NCBI GenBank assembly: GCA_016218805.1
Contig: JACRCW010000032.1
Coordinates: 1-64,000 of the forward strand
DNA length: 64,000 nucleotides
Source: Deltaproteobacteria bacterium
GTDB taxonomy: Bacteria; Myxococcota; JACRCW01
Direction of reading: 5' to 3'
Part shown: positions 57,201-64,000 of the stretch, one piece after another
Numbering within the stretch: the stretch's first letter is position 1
Layout: every line of letters begins with the position of its first letter
The notes under the pieces: generated by a model
What the model saw: only the letters and a program-made list of their open reading frames with translations
What the model was told of the DNA's origin: nothing
Database searches by the model: none
Made by a program: the position numbers and the translations under genes

Positions 57201-59546
57201 AGCGTTCTGTGCCGTGGTCCCCAACACGTGGCTGGCACTGCGTTTCACGGTGAGCTTCTGCTGCACCAGGTCGCCGGCCTCGGCGCGGAAGAACGCCTCG
57301 CCGTCGGCGTTGACCGCGGCCATGGTCTTCACGGAGCGCCGCGTGAGCGTGACCCCCGTGCGGCCGCGTGACAGCCCTTCCGTGCGGACGGTGAGCAGGT
57401 AACGGCCGGGGCGCAGGTAACCCTGCACCAGGCAGTTGTGCCCGCGGCCGCCGCGCACGTCGTCGGCCAGGCGCGTGACCAGCGGCGTGCGGATGGTGCA
57501 GCGCGTGGTCAGCAGGCCCAGCGTGGTCACGTGGTAGAGGCCCGCGTCCTTCACGTCGAACAGCAGGGACCGCGCTTCCTCTCGTCCGTAGTCGAAGAAC
57601 AGCGTCTTGCCGGGCTCCAGCACCGGCAGCACCGGTGGCGTGGGACTGTAGGACGCCAGCGCCGGTGAGATGGAGCGCGGCGTTGGGCGCACAACGCTGA
57701 CGGTGATGGAGCTCTTGCCCGGGTTCTCCAGGATGATGGTGTCACCGGTCTGCGTGGCGGGGAGCACGCACCGCCCGGTGGCGGCATCCGCGGCGCCACC
57801 GCCCTGCATGGCGCACTTGAACGGCACGCCGCCCACGCTGGCCGCCTGGATGACGGTGCCCGGGCCCAGCGCCAGCTTTGCAGTGGCGCCCGGTTCCAGC
57901 TGCACGGGAAGCGCCTGGTCAAACGCCAACGGCAGCCGCCGCACGTACAGGCCGCGCGCCACCGCGTTGCCTGAGCGGTTGAACACCAGCTCATACAGCC
58001 CGCCGGACGACAGGCTCACACCGGTGATCTGGCAGGTCGTCTTGGCGGCGGTCTCGCCCGTCGCTTCCGTGTTGAACAGGAAGCCCTCCTTGGCAATGCG
58101 CAGGCGCTCAATCCCCTCCACGCCGCCATAGAGTTTCAATTCGTACCGGCCCGCGGTCAGCAGCTTGGTTGCATCACACGTGACGGCCTCGGGAGCCGGG
58201 TCCACAACGACCTCAGCCTTGTTTCCGGTGAGCTTTACCAGCGAGCACCGGCTCTTGCGCTGTCCGGACGTGGTGACCCGGTAGCGACCCCACTCGGTGA
58301 TCTCAAACCAGACCGTCTCGCCCGACGCGTTGTAGTTGAACGCGCGTTCAAACGGCCGGCCGGGGCTCACCTGCAGGAAGTCAGCCGCAATGGGGTCACC
58401 CGGCACGCCGTTGACAACGGGGCGCAGCAGGCACGCCAGCGGGGCACTGTCACGGTCCGCCGGAACGTCGTGCGTGGCGACGAGGTGGTTGCCCGAGTGG
58501 GCCGGGCGGAACATCGCCGACTGGCGCGGCGAATCGTGGAACCCGTCGAGGTTGGACTCGGACCAGCCCCAGGGGACCCAGCGCACCTCCACGTTGGTGC
58601 CCGGTTCACCGCGGATCCACGCCGCGTTGCGGTTGGCGTGCGAACGCACCGCGCACTCGCGCACCAGCGCGGCGGGGGCCACCACGCAGTTGGACTCCGC
58701 CGAGGACAGTCCCACGCCTTCCAACGACAGCGACGACAGGCCCAGCGTGACGGGCAGCCGCGGGTTTCCCTGCACCGCGAGCACGGCCATCGCCGCACCG
58801 TCAGGAATGCGCCATGCCTGGTAGCCGGATGCGGGAATGGTGGCCGCAACGCCGCGCTCCGGCGGACCGGCGGGCGCGGCCAGTGACACGGTCAGATCAT
58901 CTGCATCCTGCCCGCGCGACCACTCCACCGGGGAGGTGCCGTACACGACGACGAGGTAGTCCCCCGGTTCCATGACGCGATCCAGCCACCACTCCTGGAT
59001 GCCCTGGCCCGGGCGCACCACCTGGGTGGCGGAGGATGGCTCCGCCTCGTCCAGCCAGCGGCCCTCGCGCCACACGCGCACCATCCCCGCCGTGCGCCCC
59101 GCCACGCGCAATGAGACGGCCTGCTCCTTGGTTGCCGTGATCCACCAGGAGGCCTGCTTGCCCTCCGGGAGGCGCGTTTCCACGGTGACACCGGGCACCA
59201 GGCGGGTCACCGGTTGGTTGAGCTCCGGGAACTCCACCGCGGTGACCCGCGCCTGGCCCTTGGCCTTCTGCGTGCCGTGGACGCGCAGCTTGTACGTGCC
59301 CGCGTCCAGCAGCTGGTCCATCCGGCAGTTGCGCTTGCCCACCTGTCCCGCACGCGCAAACGGGCCGCGCACGTGGTCCACCAGCGTGCACCCGCTTCCC
59401 GCCGCGCTGCGTGCATCCAGCCGCACCATGGCAGGGCGCTCCAGCGTGATGATGACGTCGTGGTCACCCGCGGCCGGCACGGCCTCCGGCACCACGGTGA
59501 CCGCCTGTGCCAGCAGCGGGAGGAGCAACAGCGCAGCAGCGTTCAT
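54276..59546 (-). CDS. Large secreted hypothetical protein (about 1756 aa, repeated Cys-containing beta-sandwich/PPC-like modules), first gene of the A2M-pbpC operon
   Basis: Signal MNAAALLLLPLLAQA; recurring C.L.D..G......C...L..G.Y.L units; GTGA overlap with the A2M start. Confidence 0.7.
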   Translation of the reverse strand: MNAAALLLLPLLAQAVTVVPEAVPAAGDHDVIITLERPAMVRLDARSAAGSGCTLVDHVRGPFARAGQVGKRNCRMDQLLDAGTYKLRVHGTQKAKGQARVTAVEFPELNQPVTRLVPGVTVETRLPEGKQASWWITATKEQAVSLRVAGRTAGMVRVWREGRWLDEAEPSSATQVVRPGQGIQEWWLDRVMEPGDYLVVVYGTSPVEWSRGQDADDLTVSLAAPAGPPERGVAATIPASGYQAWRIPDGAAMAVLAVQGNPRLPVTLGLSSLSLEGVGLSSAESNCVVAPAALVRECAVRSHANRNAAWIRGEPGTNVEVRWVPWGWSESNLDGFHDSPRQSAMFRPAHSGNHLVATHDVPADRDSAPLACLLRPVVNGVPGDPIAADFLQVSPGRPFERAFNYNASGETVWFEITEWGRYRVTTSGQRKSRCSLVKLTGNKAEVVVDPAPEAVTCDATKLLTAGRYELKLYGGVEGIERLRIAKEGFLFNTEATGETAAKTTCQITGVSLSSGGLYELVFNRSGNAVARGLYVRRLPLAFDQALPVQLEPGATAKLALGPGTVIQAASVGGVPFKCAMQGGGAADAATGRCVLPATQTGDTIILENPGKSSITVSVVRPTPRSISPALASYSPTPPVLPVLEPGKTLFFDYGREEARSLLFDVKDAGLYHVTTLGLLTTRCTIRTPLVTRLADDVRGGRGHNCLVQGYLRPGRYLLTVRTEGLSRGRTGVTLTRRSVKTMAAVNADGEAFFRAEAGDLVQQKLTVKRSASHVLGTTAQNASFQCRLDDTDGWPVMPVPMACERTGWLEKGSYLWTQMPLTVESMRRTQLQRVKESVVLAGNKAHTLALNTPYNAQLGKDGKDEFNFDMAADAPVDIELTAGMQGRLYDVADAKNPRPVEVIAPQEMPPEPTDEPPAEEAPPDEGMAEYSGESEGGETYSEGDSGEGEGSEEAPAPAPRYAPRAPPPPMPAKPRGQRVDLPAGRYKLVAEHARGDVNIAYRVTVASQQLMPGVKRELTVPGEYALRMQTAGVLQFRSEGSTDVRCRLFDATGRLVAESADQGADWNCALAEPMVAGVYRLVLESQTLQPGTTTIHVGSPRVEELATLADGTALKLAGQVVTHLVQPPAGDVVQEYVFSAPAAFSCAVEDAGGRVLLRSADVKECVVPLRIVAPVRLRLWTLGSGTTVKALVSTKNVVAWAGGTVPAGSAVRAEVTRAGRFRTAARAYCLEDNARGLMRNCGPAASLDVGKVTWAVPGKAEGRLDLAEEALSSTTATTRRLTLAELRWIQRVTAPAASLFLVQARTPPGEPAEPACAVGGGARELRDQSCAAVSGVATDAVVRLWSARPVQADWTWSSVPFPSDTRPLDAGQGFVTWKGDAARYSMPKEAWRLGAVVPSNTWAIALDSTGRALDVCAPATGMMDCRLEGTGGDVVFVGEAGSRAEYSLVRLPAAARVVTLDSLLEERSRRAGIARANISPVSAARQVTVEGDARCMLRRDDGVRVPSCSAPLPENVGAVLEIEHGRGPWRALVHAPGALQRARLGTAPAAGRSPAAMPPAHALALAGATLERLLTVDKEAVVHLRSDSGVCALWSGNEPISVEGLDGCAVDRLLGPGSYRWVVRPFAGEPTAGLASWTAEPVETLADGVGAERFIGPGETRLYRFRTASAGRIGLGLQVPGETLECRVLDAAHRPLGEGCQQYLALEAGTYVLSIQAPSSAKATRFRPVLLGLAGAKMAVPDDYVRDFFQRIGGQP

Positions 59547-59830
59547 GCGAGGCCTTCCTTGCGGGATCACCCGGAGCCCGCGCGGGGAGGAACCATACGG
59601 AGGCGGCCCGGGCGCCATGCAACGCACGGGAGTGGGAGCAGGTCTCCTTGACGGGAGGGTGCGCCATGACGCTTCCGGGCCGGCCTCGACGGGTTGCTGT
59701 GCAACGGCGGCGCCAACCTGCGTCTGCCCCGGGGCGCCTCCACGTGCCGTGCTCTGCGGATCGCAGCAAACGCGCTGCGGTCCGTTGCGCGGGCTGGCGA
59801 CGCGCCGCCGCCCAAGCTACACGGGCCCAC

Positions 59831-60544
59831 ATGTCCAGCTTCCGGGGATTCGTCCTCGCCCTGTTGTGCGGCGCTGTCGCGTACGGTTGTGGCATCCGCC
59901 CCAGGTCCTTCAACGGCGTGACGGTGAGCGGTTCCGTGAAGGACGCGCTGTACCGGACGCCCGTCCCCAACACGGAAGTGTGCATCATTGAGCCGGACCT
60001 GGGCTGCACACACACCAACCCGCTGGGCGAATTCGACTTCATTGACGTGCCGCCGCGTTCACGCCTGCTCGTGCGCTTCCTGCGTGGCGGCTACTACCCC
60101 AACGTGGCGCACTACTCCGTGGGTGACGGGGATGAGTTCCTCACTTACCTGCTCACCAGCGAGCAGCTCAGTGACCTGGCCGCGGAGTTGGCGCACGTCC
60201 GCCGGGACGACGCCATGTCCATCATCGTCTTCAGCGCGCGCACCGGCCGCGGGCCGGACGCGGAGAACGTGGAGGATGTCGCCGTGTCGCTGGAGCCGGC
60301 GCAGGGTGACGGACCTTTCTACGCGGTGCAGAACGGGTTTGATGACAGCCGCACCGCCACCACGTCCGTGGGCGGCGGGGTGATCTTCAACGTTCCGCCG
60401 GGCACGGCCACGGTGCGCTACACGCACGCGGACCGCCGGTGCGCCCCGTATTACGGCTGGGAGGGCCCGGACGCGGGCACGCTGACCGTGCGCCTGCTGG
60501 AGGGCTACTCCACGTACATCAGCCAGGTGTGCACGCCGCCGTGA
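59831..60544 (+). CDS. Lipoprotein with carboxypeptidase-regulatory-like (transthyretin-type) domains
   Basis: AYGC lipobox; VSG.V.D.....PV....V, T...G.F....VP, FNVPPG. Confidence 0.65.
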   Translation: MSSFRGFVLALLCGAVAYGCGIRPRSFNGVTVSGSVKDALYRTPVPNTEVCIIEPDLGCTHTNPLGEFDFIDVPPRSRLLVRFLRGGYYPNVAHYSVGDGDEFLTYLLTSEQLSDLAAELAHVRRDDAMSIIVFSARTGRGPDAENVEDVAVSLEPAQGDGPFYAVQNGFDDSRTATTSVGGGVIFNVPPGTATVRYTHADRRCAPYYGWEGPDAGTLTVRLLEGYSTYISQVCTPP

Positions 60545-60547
60545 CGG

Positions 60548-62197
60548 TCACGGGTTGCACGTGAAGCTCACCGGCAGCGCCAGGTCCTGCGCGCAGGACC
60601 ACGCAGCTTCAAACGCCTCGGCGCCGTAGTCCGGGTTCAGGCCGTTCCCGTCGCTGGGAACGCTGCGGTCCACGCCGTCCGCGCGCAGCGTGCCGGACAG
60701 GGCGTTCTCCTCCGCGCCTATGGCACCGTTCACCGCCTGCAGCGTGCCGGCGGCCACGGTCACTGCCAGCGCTCCCGCGGCGGAATGGACCCGCAGCTCA
60801 CCGTCCGTCCACTGCACGTTGTCAAACCGCGCAATGGGCGAGCTGATGGCGCACTGCCCGCTGCTCTCCGCACGCGCGGTGCGCGGGTGCACCACGCCCT
60901 GCAGGCGGCCGGAGGTCACGGTGAGGCCGGTGTCGTCGGCACTGGTGCCCAGGTGGAAGTCCGTGAAGGTGGCGTCCAGCGTGATGGTGACGGACTGGTC
61001 ATCCGCCGGAATGGCGGGGGCCTGCGGGTTACCGGTGAGGGTCCCGTGGATGACCTTGGTGCCGGACACCTCCAGCCCGCCGGAGAACAACGTGCGGACG
61101 CGCTGGCAGTCCGTCGCCACGGTGGAACCTTCGCGGTAGCTCTTCACGCAGCGGGACAGCGTCTGCGTTGCGGTGCCCGCGCCTCCCGCGGTGCCGGTCA
61201 CCACCGCGGCCTGTTGCACGGCGTCGGACGCAAAGCCGCAGTCGTGGTCAGCGTTCATGGCGGCCGCCAGGGACCCAAGCAGCTTGATGGTCAGTCGCGC
61301 CGCACCGTCCACCACGCGGGGCGCCAGGTCCGCGCACTGCGTGCTCTCCGGCTGCGCGAGATTCTCCGTGCACGCGTAGCGCTCCTTGAAGCGTGCCGCG
61401 TCGTAGTCCGGATCCAGGACCGCGTCCTCGCCGCGCGTAGGAAGTGCAAACCGCCGGGAGGGTGCGGGCGGTTCAAACGGCGCGCGGATGGCGAGCGTGA
61501 TGGAGCCCGTCAGGGCGTTCTCCCCGCCGGGGCCGCGGCCGTTCTGCGCATCCAGGCTGGAGCCCGTCACTTCCAGCAGGAAGTCCAAACGCTCCGTGTG
61601 CAGCCGGAGGTGGCTGGCGCCGTACTGCACCGCGCTGAACTGCGCGTTGGGGGTCGCTATCGCGCAGGCGCCGCTGTCCGCCGCGGCGGCAAGCCCGGGC
61701 CGCACCACGGCGGTGAGTGTGCCGTCCGTGAACTCCAGCGTCTCCGGCCCCGTGCTGTCCGCCACGCGGAAACCCGCCGCGGCGGTCACCTCCAATTCCA
61801 CGCTCACCGCATCCGGCGCATCCGGGATGGCCGGCGTCTCCGCGCCGCCGGACAGCAGGCCATGCACGCGCCGCACGGCGTTGACGACGACGGTTCCGCG
61901 CGCGCGGGTCTCCTCGCCCAGACACGTGGTGCGGATGACCTTCTCCTCCGGCAGCTCAATCCGGCAATCAAGCACGCGCAGCGTGGCGGTTCCCGTCCGG
62001 CCGAGCGCACCGTCGTACTCCACCGCGGCCAGCACCGCGGGGGACTTGAACCCGCACGCGGTGTCGTCGTTCACCAGCGTGGCAATGGCCCCCACGTTGC
62101 GGACGGTGAGGCGCGCAGCGCCCATGGCCACCTGGTCACCCGCAAACAACCCGCAGCCCAGCGGTGCAGCAAGGACGACGGCAACCGCCGCCCTCAC
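60548..62197 (-). CDS. Hypothetical lipoprotein made of two homologous halves (alternative start GTG 62209)
   Basis: PLGC lipobox; each half starts GAARLT...N.D..CGF.S.AV and ends L[DN]PDY....F.....C...LA.P. Confidence 0.7.
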   Translation of the reverse strand: MRAAVAVVLAAPLGCGLFAGDQVAMGAARLTVRNVGAIATLVNDDTACGFKSPAVLAAVEYDGALGRTGTATLRVLDCRIELPEEKVIRTTCLGEETRARGTVVVNAVRRVHGLLSGGAETPAIPDAPDAVSVELEVTAAAGFRVADSTGPETLEFTDGTLTAVVRPGLAAAADSGACAIATPNAQFSAVQYGASHLRLHTERLDFLLEVTGSSLDAQNGRGPGGENALTGSITLAIRAPFEPPAPSRRFALPTRGEDAVLDPDYDAARFKERYACTENLAQPESTQCADLAPRVVDGAARLTIKLLGSLAAAMNADHDCGFASDAVQQAAVVTGTAGGAGTATQTLSRCVKSYREGSTVATDCQRVRTLFSGGLEVSGTKVIHGTLTGNPQAPAIPADDQSVTITLDATFTDFHLGTSADDTGLTVTSGRLQGVVHPRTARAESSGQCAISSPIARFDNVQWTDGELRVHSAAGALAVTVAAGTLQAVNGAIGAEENALSGTLRADGVDRSVPSDGNGLNPDYGAEAFEAAWSCAQDLALPVSFTCNP

Positions 62198-63501
62198 AAC
62201 AGCCGGCACGTCTGCTCCGTGTAGTCCGGCGACGCCAGGCACATGATGCGTTGGGTGGCGCGGCGCAGGGTGGAGCGCTGGGTGCTGGTGAGCGCGGTAC
62301 CGGTATCCGCCACGCTCTTCACCGCCGTCACGTCCGCCAGGTCCTGTTGCAGCAGGTTGCGCGTGTCGGTGGTGAGGGACAGCGCGTCTACGATGCCGCC
62401 AGTGGCCAGTGCATCGCTCATCACGCCGTGGATTGTCTCCGCGTCCGTCCGGTCGTCGCGCCCCTGCGCATCAAACTGCGGGGTGGTGGTGGCGTCTCCC
62501 AGAGCGCGGACCAGCGCGAGCAGCAGTTGCGCTTCCAAGGCCATCCGGTCGTAGGACAGCGTGGAGGCCTCGTCCGACGGCGTGTGGTACATCTTGTTCT
62601 GCCCGTTGCTGAGGAACACCACGGGCACGCCGCGGTTGCGGAACGCGTCGTAGTCACTCCACGGTTGCATGCCGTTGCGGGTCTGTTCCACCAGGTGCAG
62701 GCCGCCGCGGCGCGCGCCGAGTCCGGCGGGAATATCCAGGGCGGCGGCGGCGGCGTTCACCTCGCTGCTGGACTCCGCACCCAGCACAAAATGCCCCGCG
62801 TAACCCGGCCACAGGTCCCCGCCCACCAGGTCCATGGCAATGGCCACGTCGGTGTCAGCCAGCGGAACCAGCGGGTGGCCGGCGTAGTACTCGCTGCCCA
62901 TGTCGTTGGAGAGGAAGGTCGGGGGCTCCTCGGCGTCCCAGGCGGCAATGAGCACGCTGCGCTTGGGGGCCGCGCGGGACACTTCGCAGGCCACCGCCAT
63001 CAGGATGGCCACCGCTGCCGCGTTGTCATTGGCGCCGTTGCAGACCGCGCCACCGCAGTCACCCAGGTGGTCATAGTGCGCGCTGACAATGATGTGCCGT
63101 GATGCAAGCGCGCTGTCCGTTCCCGCAATGCGTCCCAGCAGGTTGATGCCGGGTGAGGAGCCAATGGCCTGCTCAAAGCCCGTGGTGCCGGCCTCCTGCA
63201 GCCGGCACTGCCCCATGAGGTCCTTGATGTACGTACGCGCGGCCTGGGAGCCCGCGGTTCCCTCGTCACGGCCGTCCATGCTGTCTGAGGCCAGGTCCGT
63301 GGTGAGCCGCTGCAGCTCCGCTTCCGTCATGAAGGATGGGACGGGCGGCCCCGCGTCCGGCGTGCCGCTGCTGCCGCCGGAGGAGGACGACGACGACGAG
63401 GACGACGACCCGCCGCCTCCGGACGACGACGAGGACGAGTTGGAGCCGCCGCTGCACGCGATGCACCCGGCCAATCCCAGCACTGCGACGGAACGTTTCA
63501 T
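62194..63501 (-). CDS. M28-family metallopeptidase lipoprotein with a poly-Ser linker
   Basis: LASD.M.GR..GT, SAHYDHLG, NGANDNA, WDAEE, MDLVG, SDY..F, YHTPSD. Confidence 0.9.
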   Translation of the reverse strand: MKRSVAVLGLAGCIACSGGSNSSSSSSGGGGSSSSSSSSSSGGSSGTPDAGPPVPSFMTEAELQRLTTDLASDSMDGRDEGTAGSQAARTYIKDLMGQCRLQEAGTTGFEQAIGSSPGINLLGRIAGTDSALASRHIIVSAHYDHLGDCGGAVCNGANDNAAAVAILMAVACEVSRAAPKRSVLIAAWDAEEPPTFLSNDMGSEYYAGHPLVPLADTDVAIAMDLVGGDLWPGYAGHFVLGAESSSEVNAAAAALDIPAGLGARRGGLHLVEQTRNGMQPWSDYDAFRNRGVPVVFLSNGQNKMYHTPSDEASTLSYDRMALEAQLLLALVRALGDATTTPQFDAQGRDDRTDAETIHGVMSDALATGGIVDALSLTTDTRNLLQQDLADVTAVKSVADTGTALTSTQRSTLRRATQRIMCLASPDYTEQTCRLL

Positions 63502-63608
63502 CAGTGGCTCTCCCGGCAAGTGGGCGCTTTCTGGCAAGGGCCCACCGCCACTGCAAGGGCAGCGGCGTGCTTCCCTGTGGCGCGGTGCTGGCCTACACCA
63601 ACACAAAG

Positions 63609-64000
63609 ATGGGACCAGCACGGCTGTTCTACATGGATGAAGCGGGCTCCCGCCGCGGGCTCCCGCTCAAGGGCACCGTGGTCACGGTGGGCCGCGCGCG
63701 TGACAACATGGTGACCTTCCCGCGGCAGGAAGGCGTCAGCCGCTACCACGCGGAACTGGTGGGCCACGACGAGGGCTGGGTCATTGTGGACCGCGGCAGC
63801 AGCGCAGGGACGTTTGTCAACGGCGTGCAGGTGCAGCAGCACCCGCTGGAGAGCGGGGACGTGATCCGCCTGGGCCCGCCACCCGCGCCGGAGCTGACCT
63901 ACCTGGAGGTGGAGGAGGCCACCGCGCTGCGTGAGACCCCGGAGATGCGCGACGACTCCATGACGATCATGCGTCCGGCGCACAGCACGTTCCTGGACCC
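63609..64000 (+). CDS. FHA-domain protein; runs off the window edge
   Basis: Absent from the ORF track. Manual translation: MGPARLFY...VTVGRARDN.....VSRYHAE...IVDRGSSAGTFVNG...LESGDVIRLG. Confidence 0.85.
   Translation, partial: MGPARLFYMDEAGSRRGLPLKGTVVTVGRARDNMVTFPRQEGVSRYHAELVGHDEGWVIVDRGSSAGTFVNGVQVQQHPLESGDVIRLGPPPAPELTYLEVEEATALRETPEMRDDSMTIMRPAHSTFLD

Overview
A high-GC window from a myxobacterium (Myxococcota), judged from a RomR-like regulator, MYXO-CTERM-like tails, DUF2378/DUF2330-like proteins and GltJ/AgmX-like domains. It holds about 35 genes, mostly encoding secreted or lipoprotein surface proteins. I saw no rRNA, tRNA or CRISPR array. The main blocks are: (1) a tandemly duplicated two-gene surface cassette (911-10241); (2) a tightly coupled six-gene alpha-glucan operon (14376-28620), the best candidate for an undescribed system, with two GH13 enzymes, a dockerin-like tail next to a cohesin-like lipoprotein, and two large Ig/CBM-like lipoproteins, together resembling a cell-surface 'amylosome'; (3) a compositionally foreign methyltransferase islet beside a decayed IS91-like transposase fragment (about 33.9-35.3 kb); (4) a MacAB-like ABC exporter; (5) an alpha-2-macroglobulin/PBP1C operon led by a large uncharacterised gene. 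The host DNA visibly avoids TCGA. All domain calls come from motif recognition by eye, not database searches.
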